DNA of 64,000 bases from NCBI GenBank assembly GCA_000004695.1, contig CM000151.3, forward strand, positions 5,568,001 through 5,632,000. Reading direction: 5' to 3'. Made by a program: the position numbers and the translations under genes. Positions 1 through 15,525 of this stretch are shown here, piece by piece; position 1 is the first letter of the stretch, and each line of letters starts with the position of its first letter. Source of the DNA: Dictyostelium discoideum. Its lineage: Eukaryota. A model generated the notes under the pieces. It saw nothing but the letters and a program-made list of their open reading frames with translations, was not told where the DNA came from and ran no database searches.

Positions 1-269
1 CACAAAAGAGAAATCTTGGTAATAATATCTTTGGTATCGTTGATGATGATGGTGGTATGTTGGATGTTGATATCATCGATACTGGTGATTTGGATAGTAA
101 TATGTCTGAACGTCATCATTCTTTCTTTAACATCAACCGTCTCATGGTTGATGATCTACATGATTTAATTGTCACTGGTAAAAGAGCTATGGATAGAACT
201 TCAAGATTAAAATCTGTTGGTGATGTCTTTAGATTCTCGATTTTACCTTCAACTGTTGTTGTAGTTTAG
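1..269 (+). CDS. 3' end of a CDS that begins upstream of the window (…GKRAMDRTSRLKSVGDVFRFSILPSTVVVV*)
   Basis: Frame 3 is open from nt 3 to the TAG at 267-269. Codon usage is non-repetitive and relatively GC-rich for this genome. The family was not recognised. Confidence 0.4.
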   Translation, partial: QKRNLGNNIFGIVDDDGGMLDVDIIDTGDLDSNMSERHHSFFNINRLMVDDLHDLIVTGKRAMDRTSRLKSVGDVFRFSILPSTVVVV

Positions 270-360
270 TAGTAAAAAAAAAACTAAAACTAAACAAAAA
301 AAAACAAATAATAAATAACAAATAATAAATAACAAAATAAAAATAAATATATTAAATAAT

Positions 361-1581
<1,221 letters not shown>

Positions 1582-2195
1582 TTCTATTTAATGGTTTTTA
1601 TTTTTTTTATTATTTTTTTTTTATTATTTTTTTTTTTTTTTGGTAATAAAATTTAAAAAAATAAAAAAATAAAAAAAAAATAAATATATTGATAAAAACA
1701 TTAAAATTTGACAAAAAAAAAAAAAAAAAAATAAAAAAAAATAAAAAAAAAAAAACATCACCTAATTAAATTCCCAAAATAATCAATATCTAAAAAATCT
1801 TGATTATTTTATTTGTTTGTTTTTTTTTTTTTAACCTTCAAATTTGACATTAAAAAAAAAAATATTATATTCCAATTCAGCCAAATCAATTTTTTTTTTT
1901 TTGTAATCTTTTTTTTCTTTAAGGTTCCCTATTGTCGTTCCTCACAAATAAAAAAACAATAACAAAAATAAATAGAATTTTTATTTAAAAAAAAAAATTC
2001 TGAAAAAATGAATTCTTTTTTTTATATTTTATATGGTTTTGTGTATTTCTGGGTGCTCTATTTCATATACCAAATTCATATCAAATAAATAAAAAAAAAA
2101 AAAAAATTAAAAATGAAATTAAAATTAAAATGAAATTAAAAATATAATTTTCTCAACCCAAAAAATATGTTGTAGGGAATTTTCCATAAAATTTC

Positions 2196-2251
2196 ACTAC
2201 AGTAGCGTAGTGAATTTTATTATTTAATTTCACTACAGTAGCGTAGTGAAA
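2196..2251. repeat. Two direct copies of a 22-nt imperfect palindrome (tttcactacagtagcgtagtgaa) separated by 14 nt
   Basis: The unit has 8-nt inverted arms (ttcactac/gtagtgaa) around a 6-nt spacer and occurs twice. It is a GC-containing island in an otherwise A/T-only intergenic region. Confidence 0.6.
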
Positions 2252-2294
2252 AAAAAAAATCACTGACCTTAAATTTTTTTTTTTTTCAAAAAAC

Positions 2295-2370
2295 AAATAA
2301 AGTTTATTAAATTGAAATTTTATTTTTTGTTTTAATTATTATTTTATTTATTTTTATTATAATTATTGTT

Positions 2371-2403
<33 letters not shown>

Positions 2404-2533
2404 CAATTTTTTTTTTTTAAATTTTTTTCAATTTTTATTTGTTTATTAAATTGTAATTTTATTTTTTGTTTTAATTATTATTTTATTTATTATTATTGTT
2501 AATTTTTTTTTTTTTTCAATTTTTTTTTTTTTA
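2295..2533. repeat. Tandem duplication of a ~115-125 bp AT-rich intergenic unit
   Basis: The block tttattaaattg[a/t]aattttattttttgttttaattattattttatttat…ttattgttaatttttttt…ttcaatttttttttttt is present twice consecutively (about 2295-2417 and 2418-2533). Confidence 0.55.
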
Positions 2534-2605
2534 ATTTATTTTTATTAATTTATTTTTAAGTATAAATTTAAAAGTTATTTAAATAAAATAGTTTTTTCTT
2601 CTTTA

Positions 2606-3840
2606 GATGAAATACCTTTTCATCATTATCATCAACAACGACATTTTCAAATGAAAGTTTAGAATATTTTTATAATTCAAATTCAAATTTAATTTTATTT
2701 AATTCAAATTCAAATTTAATACCAAAATCAATAACAAAATTAAAATTTGATAAAAGATTTAATCAAATAATAAAATTAAATCAAATATCAAATAATGTTA
2801 AATCAATTATATTTGGTAAATATTTTAATAGTTTAATTCAAGTGAATTCAACATTATCATTAAATTTATCATCAATTGAATTTGGTAAAAATTTTAATTG
2901 TCCTTTTAATTTTGAAACATTGGAAAATGTTAAAACCATTAAATTTGGTAACCTTTTTATGCAATCACTTGAAAATTGTCATTTTCCACCAAATTTAACA
3001 TCGTTAACATTTGGTAATTCATTTAATAGTGAAATTCCAAGTGGTTACTTTTTAGATATACCATTGACGGTATTGGTATTTGGAAAGTTTTTCAATAGAC
3101 CAATAGATGATAAAAGTTTACCATCAACTTTAACATCATTAGATTTAGGTTCATCTAAATTTTTAAATTTTGAATTTTCAAATAAATTACCACAATTACA
3201 ATCACTAATAATGGGTAAAGGATATAATGGAACTTTAAAAATAGGTGACTTACCAACAACTTTAAAACAACTTTCATTATGGGATAATAATTCTAATCGT
3301 GATTCATTAAGTGATTTTGGAATTATTCCAAATGGTATTACATCTTTATCATTTGGTGATTCATTTAATCAATTAATTGAGAATAACATTTTACCAGAAA
3401 CAATTACAAATTTATCATTTGGTTTAAAGTTTAATAAACCAATTAAAATCAATGTTTTACCTAGTAATTTAACAAGTTTATCATTTAATTACCATTTTAA
3501 TCAACCCCTTGAAAAAGGAGTTTTACCAAATTCATTAACTAGTTTATCTTTTGAAGGTGTATTTAATCAAAATATTCAAGTTGGTACACTTCCAAATAGT
3601 ATAACTTATTTATCACTTTGTTATTTTTATGATAAACCTTTTCCAATTGGTTCATTACCATTATCATTAAAACAATTAAAAATTCATTCCTCCAAATTTA
3701 ATCAAGATCTCTCTTCCTCTTTTGATGATTATTTCACTTGTTCTTTAGAAACAATTTACATTAGTAAAAATTCAAATCTTATTAATATTTTAAATTCAAA
3801 CTTTTTTAGTAAATTTATTAAATTTTATAATATTAATTAA
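2606..3840 (+). CDS. FNIP-repeat-containing protein; the 5' end is unresolved
   Basis: The ORF-track ORF 2842..3840 starts at a GTG. The same frame is open back to about 2606 with no ATG. Repeated 'FG..FN..I..LP.S(L/I)T.L.FG' units form roughly 12 FNIP repeats. An upstream ATG exon and intron were not located. Confidence 0.65.
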
Positions 3841-3931
3841 ACTTTAAAACAATTAATAATAAAAATAAAAATAAAAATATAAATATAAATAAAAATTATA
3901 CCTTTATTTTTTAAAAAAAAAAAAAAAAAAG

Positions 3932-5983
<2,052 letters not shown>

Positions 5984-6626
5984 TAGACTGAAAAAAAAAA
6001 AAAAAAAAAAATTAAAAAAAAAAAAAAAAAAAAAGTTTTAATTTCAAAAAAAATTTATGTGGAAACTAAAAAAAAAAAAGTTACAAAGAGAGAAAATAAA
6101 TAAAAATAAAAAATAAAAAGGCAAAAATATTTTTCATAAATTATTTTAGAATTAAAAAAAAAAATTGATGATGGGATAGGTGAAAGAAAAAAAATCCAAA
6201 AAAAAATGACAGATAAAACAATTGATAAATCTGTTATTATGCCAAGAATATACCAATATACCCTATAGGGTTTAGTTTGACTTTGGGTGGCCAATGTAAT
6301 ATGAATCTTCTCTGATAGAATCAATAAATACTGAGAATGAAGAATTAGATGGTGATATAGATTATGGCTTTATTGGTGAACAATGAACGTTTTTAATTAT
6401 TAAAAAATAATTATTATAAATATCTTCAAAAATTAAAAACAAATAAAAATAAAAATACAATTTCAAAAATAAATTATTAAAAATCCCACCATTAACACAA
6501 GTAAACAGGTGGTATTTTTATTTTTTCTTGATTATTTTTTTTAATTTTTTTTTTTTTTTTTAATTCCATAAAATATTTTCAGTGAATAATATGGCATTTG
6601 AATTTGATAATATTGAAAAAATAAAA

Positions 6627-6665
<39 letters not shown>

Positions 6666-6826
6666 ATAATTTAACCAATTTATTTTTTTTCAATATTATC
6701 AAATTTGAATATTTTTGCAATTTCTAAAAAAAAAAAATCAATTTTTTCTTTAAAATTTCTTTATTTCATTTAAAAAAAAAAAAATTTCACTCACAACATT
6801 TTATAAGCTTATTCAAATATTATAAA

Positions 6827-7151
6827 ATGTCATATATGATCAATTCAGCTAAACAAAAAAGGAATGAAGATGAAATTATTAATTTCATCAGTAATAGTTC
6901 ATTAAAGGATAGATCTTTATTGTTATTATATATTTCAAAATTATCATCAAATGGTTTATATATTCCAAGTATTAGTTCATTAATTAATTTTTGTGAAGAA
7001 ATAATAATTTTAAAGTATTTATTAATAATAAAATAAAAAAAAATTAAAAAATAAAAAAAAAAATTAAAAAATAAAAAAAAATTAAAAACAAAAAAATAAA
7101 AAATAAATATTAATTTTTTTTTTTTTTATTTTTTTTTTTTTTATTTCAAAA

Positions 7152-7183
<32 letters not shown>

Positions 7184-8149
7184 AGAGATACAATTGAAAC
7201 TCAAAATGAAGATTTAGTTGCAAAATGGTATTGGGCAGATGATGATATGAATGGACATCAAACAGATTATAAACCATATAGTTTTGAAACTTGTAAAAGA
7301 TTAGAAAAAGCAAGAAAGAATAAAATTGAATATTGTAGAATTAGTGATGTCCATTTCGTTGATACAGTTTCACTCGCACAAATTAGATATGATGATAAAG
7401 GTAGAGTTAGACTTGTTAGAAGAGATCCACCAAAATATAAAGAAAATGAAATTTTACCACAACAACAACAACAACCAATCACAACTGAAAATAATAATAA
7501 TAATGATAATGACAATAATAAAGATGATGAATTTGTTCAATGGTATTGGGCAGATGATGGACCAAGAGGACATCAAGATGTTTGGGTTAAATATAGTGAA
7601 GATTTATCAAAACTAATGGAAGCAAGTTATCAAAATAACAATAGAATCAATAGTGAATTAATTCCAATTAAAGTTGATGAAGAACGTTTCGTCGATACAA
7701 AGAGAATGCTACAAGTTAGATTTGACTCTAGATTTAGAGTAAGATTAGTTAAAAGGGATACAAAAACATTGGCACCACCAAAAGGATCTAGTGGTAGTAG
7801 TGCTCCATCTACTCCATCAAAATCAACAATGGAAAAACTTTTTGGACTCATGACACTTCAATCACCAAAGAAATCAACACCAAAAAAACCAAATCAAAAA
7901 ATACCATTTGTTGATACTTCAATAAATTTAAAAACATTGCCAAATGATGCTTTATTAGATATTTTAACAATTGATGAAATTAAATACCTAATGAAAAAAT
8001 TAGTAATTGCCATACCAGATTCATCCAAATCAAATGCAGATCAAACACCAACAAATTCATCTTTAAAAAAATTTACAATCTCAACTTTTAAATCAACTTT
8101 TATTCTTAATAATAATCAAATATTATCAAAAATTGTATTAAAAAAATAA
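6827..8149 (+). CDS. WWE-domain protein, two tandem WWE domains; proposed model join(6827..7014,7186..8149)
   Basis: Exon 2 (ORF 7247..8149, open upstream to 7163) carries KWYWADDDMNGHQ…YKPYSFE and FVQWYWADDGPRGHQDVWVKYSEDL, both WWE consensus. The first WWE begins before the ORF's Met, so an upstream exon is required. ORF 6827..7036 is followed by GTATTT at 7015 and an acceptor AG at 7184-85 that restores the frame (phase 2; …ILK-K-DTIETQNEDLVAKWYW…). Exon 1 is less certain than exon 2. Confidence 0.6.
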
Positions 8150-8193
8150 AATAAAAAAATAAAGAAATCATGATTTAATAATAATAGTTTTAT

Positions 8194-8772
8194 TTATTGA
8201 TTACAAATATAATTATAAGCATCTTTTGTGATTTCAGTATCACATTCTGGTAATGTTAGAGTAAAGTTTGAAGGTGTGCCATTACAATTAGTTGCTGATG
8301 GATAAGTTGAAGTAGTTATTGAATCACTGGTACAAGTAAAGATAGTTGCATTTTCAGATGGATTAATAATACATTTATTTAATGGATTTGATAAAATTGA
8401 ATTTGGAGTATTCTTCCAATCATTACAACTCTCTGAAATTATAGTAATGAATGAGTTATCAACAAATTGATAATTATCAACACAGTTAAATGTTAGGGCA
8501 CCTTGACATACACCATTTTCTTGAGTCAATTGTTGGAATATTCCTTTAGTACAATTTGCATCTTTGTAATAATTAATTTGAATTTCATTACCAACACAAA
8601 CATATTCAGTTCCATCTAAACATGTACTTTCACGATTAAATGTTGTTGAAATAATTTCACCATTACATGATTGATCATTTTGATAATTATAATAATTTAA
8701 TTGAACAAATTGACCATTTACTAATGTTGTAAAAATAATTGCTAAAATTAAAAGTTGTAATAATAATTTCAT
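8194..8772 (-). CDS. Secreted Cys-rich small protein, possibly ponticulin-like
   Basis: 192 aa. The N-terminal hydrophobic signal peptide is MKLLLQLLILAIIFTTLVNGQ. It has about 16 Cys, several N-glycosylation sequons (NCT, NAT, NGT) and no low-complexity tracts. Confidence 0.65.
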   Translation of the reverse strand: MKLLLQLLILAIIFTTLVNGQFVQLNYYNYQNDQSCNGEIISTTFNRESTCLDGTEYVCVGNEIQINYYKDANCTKGIFQQLTQENGVCQGALTFNCVDNYQFVDNSFITIISESCNDWKNTPNSILSNPLNKCIINPSENATIFTCTSDSITTSTYPSATNCNGTPSNFTLTLPECDTEITKDAYNYICNQ

Positions 8773-9262
8773 TTTATTTATTTTATTTATTTTGTTTTTT
8801 TTTTTTTTTTAAATATAAGCAATTATACCATTTATTTTTTTTATTTTTTTTCTTTAATTTTTCTTACTTTGATGCTGGGAAAATATTTTCCCAAATTATG
8901 ACGTTTTTTTTTTTTTTTTTTTTTATTGAAAAAAAAATATCTTTTTGTTGGGAAATTAAAAATCCACCTCCATTTACCCTTAAGACGTTAGTTATTGGGG
9001 ATTTATTAAATTGGAAATTTTGTAAAAGTATTATTTTTTTAATTGATTATATTTTTATCAACTGTTTTTAAAGTTCTCAATTAAGTTATTACTAAAAGAT
9101 TACTTTTGGAAAGAATGTAACAATGAAAAAAAAAAAAAAAAAAAAAAAAGCTAACCACTTTTCTTTATTTTTTTATTTTTTTTTTTTTTCTTTTTCTTTT
9201 TTTTTTTTTCAAATCAAATTTTTCAAATATATTAATAAAAATTTAAATTAAATAGAAATAAA

Positions 9263-9530
9263 ATGGAAAGAATACAAATAATTTCAAATCATATACTTCC
9301 AATTGTGCAACATAATAATAATAATAAACAGTACTATGAACAACAATATCTACTATTAGCTAATAACACAACAGATGCAATCATGGAATTAAGTGAAGAA
9401 CATGAAAAAGAGGAATCTTTAAGAAAAATTCAATGTGAAAATAATGGTATTGAATATGTCTATAAACCTTTATTTATTGATTTTGGTGTTCATATGAATA
9501 ATAATAATAATAATAAAACTATTACTGTTG

Positions 9531-9578
<48 letters not shown>

Positions 9579-9580
9579 AA
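9263..9580 (+). CDS. Small hypothetical protein (105 aa) with a C-terminal poly-Asn
   Basis: The ORF has a moderately complex N-terminal 75 aa. It has no recognisable family and could be non-coding. Confidence 0.25.
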
Positions 9581-9764
9581 GAATAAAAAGTAAAATAAAT
9601 TATTTAAAAAGTTTTTTTTTAATCACCAAAAGTTTATAAAAATAATTTAAATGAAATATTTAATATACACTTTAATTGCACAATAAATAATTAAATAAAA
9701 ATTTTAAAAGGGTAATTGTAAAAAATAACTAGTAAATGTTTTATTTTATTGTTTTTATATTTTG

Positions 9765-9804
<40 letters not shown>

Positions 9805-10080
9805 AAAACTCTGGTGTTTTTTGAACATGAAACGATCACAAAAAAACCGTAATTCGTTTATGGTACTTTTTTTTTATTTTTTTAATTTTTTAAAAAATGT
9901 AAAATCAAAAAAAAAAAAAAAAATCAAAAAAAAAAAAAAAAAAAGTGTCATTTTGATTTGAAAACAAATTACCAAAAAGTAAGATATACAAATTTTTTAA
10001 AATCAAATATAGAAAATTAAGATTATAATGATTATTAACTAAATATATTTAATTTCTAAAATCAGGTTTTACTTAAAAAA

Positions 10081-10296
10081 ATGATTGTCAATGCCGATAA
10101 TACTGCTTTAAATTATGGATCCAGAACTCCAACTTTTGCTGAAGTACTCCAAAATTGGGGTTTAGATATTAAATGTAGCAACTGGCAATTACACGATACT
10201 AGAGGAAACTCTGTTAACGTTAACGCTCCAGTTGAAAAAAAGCAATACAGATTCGATTCATGTGGTCAAGTTTCTTATTACTTTACAATGAATTAA
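10081..10296 (+). CDS. Small hypothetical protein (71 aa) with highly-expressed-gene codon bias
   Basis: The ORF is non-repetitive (MIVNADNTALNYGSRTPTFAEVLQNWGLDIKCSNWQLHDTRGNSVNVNAPVEKKQYRFDSCGQVSYYFTMN). It is enriched in C-ending codons (aac, tac, ttc, gcc, act, cca, ggt), unlike neighbouring genes. It has 3 Cys and no signal peptide. Confidence 0.4.
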   Translation: MIVNADNTALNYGSRTPTFAEVLQNWGLDIKCSNWQLHDTRGNSVNVNAPVEKKQYRFDSCGQVSYYFTMN

Positions 10297-10556
10297 ATTA
10301 ATTCATCCTATTATAATTTTTTTAATAAATTTTAAAAACTACTTTTTTTTTTTTAAAAATTAATTAATTTCCTACCCCTTGTTTATTTATTAATTTTTTA
10401 TTAAAATTTTTACTGTGGTATATGTCCAATATTTTTTAAAATTTTTAAAAAAAAAAAAAAAATAAAAAAATTTATTTTAAAATAAATAAAATTAAACACA
10501 CTACACAAAATAATATTTAATTAAATAATAAATATTTTTTTTTAAAAATTATTTAT

Positions 10557-11324
10557 TTATTTTTTTACTTTTTCTAATTCTATTGGTGATAATTCACCAA
10601 TTCTACTTTCTTCATCAAATGAATTACTATTTGAATTTGAATTTTTAGATTTACTTTTCTTTACTTTTTCTTTTGAAGGGATTATATAATGACTAATATC
10701 ACCAATATATAACCAATAAACTATTATTAAAGTACCCAATAATAAAAACAATGGATCAAAAAACCAAAGTATAATAGTCATTGAGAAATAAAATGATCTT
10801 ACACCTACTGTATAATGATTTGAACCATTTAGTAAAGTTTTATAACAATATTCTTTTGTACAATCTTTATAGGTTGGTGCCACATTTAAAAGGAATGCCA
10901 AATGAGTGACATATCGAATTGATGAAGCGAAATTTAAAAATGAAAATAAGAAAACCACTATTAAAATGAATGCTTTGTAAATTAGGATATCATTATTGTG
11001 GGCTCCAATGATCCTAATCTTGTCCAATACAGAAGTTAATGTTTGTGATACCAATATATTAATAATTAATACAACCAATGTTATCGAAGTCGATGCTAAC
11101 AATGTTGATGACATTACCATATTACGTAATGTTTGAACTGCCAAAATATCCTTTTTACCATCTATCATTATATCAACCCATGTCCTTCTAAAATGATGAT
11201 TTCTACCAATAACCGTATTCAATGGATTCCTTTTAACTGTTATCATTAAAAATATATGATAAATAAAATAAACTCCAAATGAAATTGATAAAAATATAAT
11301 ATCAAATATTAATCCTTCTAACAT
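10557..11324 (-). CDS. DUF599-family multi-pass membrane protein
   Basis: 255 aa with 5-6 predicted transmembrane helices. The block …NTVIGRNHHFRRTWVDIMIDGKKDILAVQTLRNMVMSSTLLASTS… matches the conserved DUF599 core (ILAVQTLRN) found in plants and amoebozoa, as recalled from memory. Confidence 0.7.
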   Translation of the reverse strand: MLEGLIFDIIFLSISFGVYFIYHIFLMITVKRNPLNTVIGRNHHFRRTWVDIMIDGKKDILAVQTLRNMVMSSTLLASTSITLVVLIINILVSQTLTSVLDKIRIIGAHNNDILIYKAFILIVVFLFSFLNFASSIRYVTHLAFLLNVAPTYKDCTKEYCYKTLLNGSNHYTVGVRSFYFSMTIILWFFDPLFLLLGTLIIVYWLYIGDISHYIIPSKEKVKKSKSKNSNSNSNSFDEESRIGELSPIELEKVKK

Positions 11325-12041
11325 TTTATTATTAATATTAATGTATTTTTTTTTTTTTTTTATAATTTACAAATAATTAAATAAATAATTAAATAAATAA
11401 ATAAATAATAATAATTTTAGAAAAAAAAAAAAAAAAAAAATAGTTTTATAAAAAAAAAAAAAAAAATTATTTAAATTGTAATAATTAAAATAAATATTGT
11501 ATAAAAAATAAAAAAAAAAATAAAAATCGATTTTTTATTTTTAAAATGTTTAATAATTGTTTAAAAAAAAAAAAAAAAAAAAAAAATTTTAATTTGTTAA
11601 AATAAAATGAATTATTTATATGTGTGTGGTTTAAGTGTGTTGTATGTTTATTTTTTTATTTTTTTAGGGGAATATCTTGAGTGTGTAGTGGATAAGAATG
11701 AATTGTTGATTTTTTTTTTTTTTTTTGTTTTGTTTTTTTGTTTTTTTTTTTAATTTTCATAGTGTTTCTCCTTTTTATTCAAAGAGATCTGGAATTTTAT
11801 TTTTTATTTTTTTTTTTTTATTTTTTTTTATATTTTTTTTTTTATATTTTTTTTTTTATTTATTTTTTTTTTTATTTTTACAATCAATTTTGTTTTTTTA
11901 ATACAAAAATTTCGTAAAAATTCCCCACACAAGTCCTTTCTTCGTTTTTTTTTTTTAAAAAATTTTTTTTTTTTTTTTATTTTTATTTTTTTTTGGGAAT
12001 TACCGAATAATAAGAATTAATAATCAAAATTAAATTAAAGA

Positions 12042-12165
12042 ATGCCAAAACCATTTATACAAAATAAGAATAAACAAGTTTTAGCAACATTCACTGCTAG
12101 TTATAGAGATAGACATGGTCGTGAAACTGGTGTAAGAGATAAAGTTGTATGTAATCATTACAGTA

Positions 12166-12198
<33 letters not shown>

Positions 12199-13874
12199 AC
12201 AATAATGATAATGATAATAATAATAATATTCAATTACCCCACTCGTTTTTTTTTTTTTTATAATTTCATTGTAAAAATAAATAATTACTAATAATTATCT
12301 ATTTTTTTTTTTTTTTTTTTCTCTCTCCTATTTCCTATTTCTTTAAATATTATTATTAATAATAAATAATAATAATTTAATAAATAGATAAGTGAAGGTG
12401 AAGAAGATTATTCAGGAGAAGATAATTTTTCAGGAGAAGAAGAGTATGAAGAATATGATTCAGATGATTCAGAACATGACGAATATATTCAACAAGAATC
12501 AGCTAAAAAAGAAGTAGATGATTTATCAACAATTGGATTTAAAAAAGATGGTTTCGATTATTCAAAATATATGAGACCAATTGGTGGTGGTGTTTTCATT
12601 CCAGCAATTTGGGATGTAAATGAATTAAAAAATAAAAAGAATGGTATTGTTGAATTAGTTAAAAATAGTGAACCTGCACCATTTATGTTTGGTTTAGAAG
12701 AAATTAGTAAAGATTATAAAAAAGATGGTTAGTATTATTTATTATTATTATTATTGAAAAATAAAAAAATAAAAAAAAAAAAAATAAAAAAAATATTAAT
12801 TCTTAAATAATAATAATAAAAATTATAGTTAAAGATTTAGAAGTTGATGAAGATATTAAAGAAGCATTAGTAGTTGATGATGAAGAAGATGATTTCGAAG
12901 AGTTAGATGATGATTTTATTTTACAAGCAAATGGTGGTACATTAGATGGTTTACAAGATGAAGTTGATGAAACTATTAATAAATTTAATAATTTTAGAAT
13001 AAAGAATAAAGCATATGATTTCATTGATGATGAAGAGGATTATAATGGTGATGGTGAATATTATGAAGGTGAAGATGATGATGATGATTATTATGAAGAT
13101 GATGAAGAATATTATAAAAATTTAAAAAATAAAAGTGGTAATAATAATAATAATAAAGATGATGGTAGAAAAGTTCAAGATGAAGTTTTAGAAGCACAAT
13201 TTGAAATTGCATTAGAACAATATGAGGATGAAGATATTGGTGAATTGGAACCAGAGGAAACATTAGGTACATGTAATGTTAACAATTTTGAAGATGTTTT
13301 CGATGAATTCATAGATGACTATAATAAGAATCATGAACCATTGATGGTACAAATTCAAACATTGAAAAAGAATAATAACTTTATCGCATTAACTGAAAAG
13401 GAGAAAGAAATCATCTTAAAGAGGGATTGGAATAAGGAAGTATTAGTGGAAGTTAGTGACCATGAAAATGAAGAGAACGAAGATGACAAATGGGATTGTG
13501 AAACCATTTTAACAACTTATACCAATTTAGAAAATCATCCAAAATTATTAAGAGAAGAAAAGAAAATTAAATTATCTCGTAAAACTGGTATGCCAATTGG
13601 TGTAATTCCAACCAAACAAAAAGGTGATGATGGCAATAGTGATAACGAGGAAGAGGATGAAGAGGAAGATGAAAAATCAGTTAATCTTGGTGTTTCAAGA
13701 AAGAACGAAACTAAAGAATCTAAAAAATTACGTAAACAACAATTAAAAGATGATCGTAAAAATAAAAGAGAATTAAAGAAAGATTTGAAAGTTGCCTTTA
13801 AAAAAGAAGAAATTAAACAAACTTCAATTATTAAAGATCAAAAAACAAATTCTTCTGTTGCTGTTAGATATTAA
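12042..13874 (+). CDS. ltv1: LTV1 homolog (pre-40S ribosome biogenesis/export factor); join(12042..12131,12388..12727,12829..13874)
   Basis: The N-terminus MPKPFIQNKNKQVLATF…YRDRHGRETG resembles LTV1 MPKKKFIDKKN..TFHLVHRSQRD. The middle ILTTYTNLENHPKLL matches LTV1 and the basic C-terminus SRKNETKESKKLRKQQLKDDRKNKRELKKDLKVAFKKEE is LTV1-like. Introns are GTAAGA at 12132 …AG at 12387 (phase 0) and GTTAGT at 12728 …AG at 12828 (phase 1). Both are AT-rich and restore one continuous frame. Confidence 0.8.
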
Positions 13875-13944
13875 AATAAATAAAATAAAATAAAATAAAT
13901 AATAAGATATTAAATCATTTTTAACTATATATTAATATATATTT

Positions 13945-13973
<29 letters not shown>

Positions 13974-13978
<5 letters not shown>

Positions 13979-14771
13979 CTAATTTTGATTGAATTTTAAT
14001 TTTATCTAAAATTTTTTCAAAATCTTTAAAATTTGATAAGATTTCATCTGGTTTTGTTTTACAAGTTTCAGGGAATTCACTCATTTCAGAGAGAATTGGT
14101 CTAAGGTCAGGTAATTTAGTGGAGTATTGAGCACCAAATTCTTGAAGGATTTCCAAGAGAAAGGTTTTAACTTGATCTTCTTTATCTGCATGTTCATAAA
14201 ATACACTAACGGTAACTTTGGTTTTATCATCCTTTTCACAACTTAATCTGATTGGTGGTGCTGTTGCAGTTGGTTTTATTCTTTTCGCTGTACTTGATGA
14301 ACCTGTTGTCGATGGTGTTCTACTATGAAATGAATGTCTAATATTACTTGTAACAGTTGTTGGTGTACCTACTATACTACCACCTGATGTACTTAATGGT
14401 GATACTGATGATTGATTGTTATTATTGTTATTATTATTATTCGATGATGTTGGTGATGTTGTTGTTGATGATGAATTTGATGATCCATTATCTTTCGTTA
14501 TATTATTATTTCCAATACTTCCGCTCATATTATCTTTATCCTTATCTTTATTATTATTATTATTTACATTGTTTAAAGTATTATTATAGAAATTATTTGA
14601 TTGGGTGGTTGGTGCTTCAAATAATACACCTTTAACTTCACCAGTGTCACCAACTTCATTTGATAATTTATGAAATGTAAGTACTAATTTACAAATACCT
14701 TCTGCAATTGATGTACCACTCCATTTCCATATCTTTTCATAAAAACAAATACCAGTTACACTATCGCACAC
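13974..14771 (-). CDS. Hypothetical protein with structured N- and C-terminal thirds and a central Ser/Asn/Thr-rich linker; 5' end uncertain
   Basis: The 265-codon ORF begins with GTG at 14771 and the frame stays open to 14789. An ATGGTATGT at about 14888 suggests an 'ATG + intron' first exon. The family was not recognised. Confidence 0.5.
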
Positions 14772-14932
14772 ATTTAATCTAAGTAGTGACTATATATTTT
14801 TTTTTTTTATTTATTTTATTAATATTAAATAAATTCTTTTTTTTTTTTTTTAAAAAATATTATTATAATCAATACATACCATATCGTCTTTTTTTTTTTT
14901 TTTTTTTTTTTTACATATAATACAAAACTAAT

Positions 14933-14971
<39 letters not shown>

Positions 14972-15020
14972 AAAATTTCAAAAAAAAAAAAATTGTTTTG
15001 GGTTCGCACAATTTATATTA

Positions 15021-15079
<59 letters not shown>

Positions 15080-15525
15080 AAACAAAGAAAAATTAAAAAA
15101 ATATTAAAAACAAAAAAAAATAAATATCGTTATGAAAGAAAAAAGTTAAAAAAAAAAAATAAATAAATAAATAAAAAAAATAAAAAAAAAAATTAAGTTC
15201 TTTATGTCGGGTGGCCATAACCAACATTTGTTGAATTTTTTATTTTTTTATTTTTTTTTTTTTTTTTTTTATTTTTTTTTTTTTTTTTTTTTTTTTAAAA
15301 TTAAGCTTTTTAATTTTTTTTTTTTTTTTGTTTTATTTTTTTAATTTTAAAATTCTATATTATTATTTTTTTTTTTTTTTTTATCATAGTGTCTGTTTTT
15401 ATTTTTCATTTTTTATTTATTTTTATTATATAATTTAATTTTTGTTTTATTATAAAGTATTATTACAATTTTTTCTTTTTCCACATTTTCAATAATAAAA
15501 AAAAAAGTGCAAAAATAAACAAATA

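Noticed and set aside
14772-14890. 'ATG + GTATGT intron' first exon for gene 13974..14771
   Set aside because: The acceptor phases did not reconcile with the downstream frame. It is left as a possibility and not annotated.
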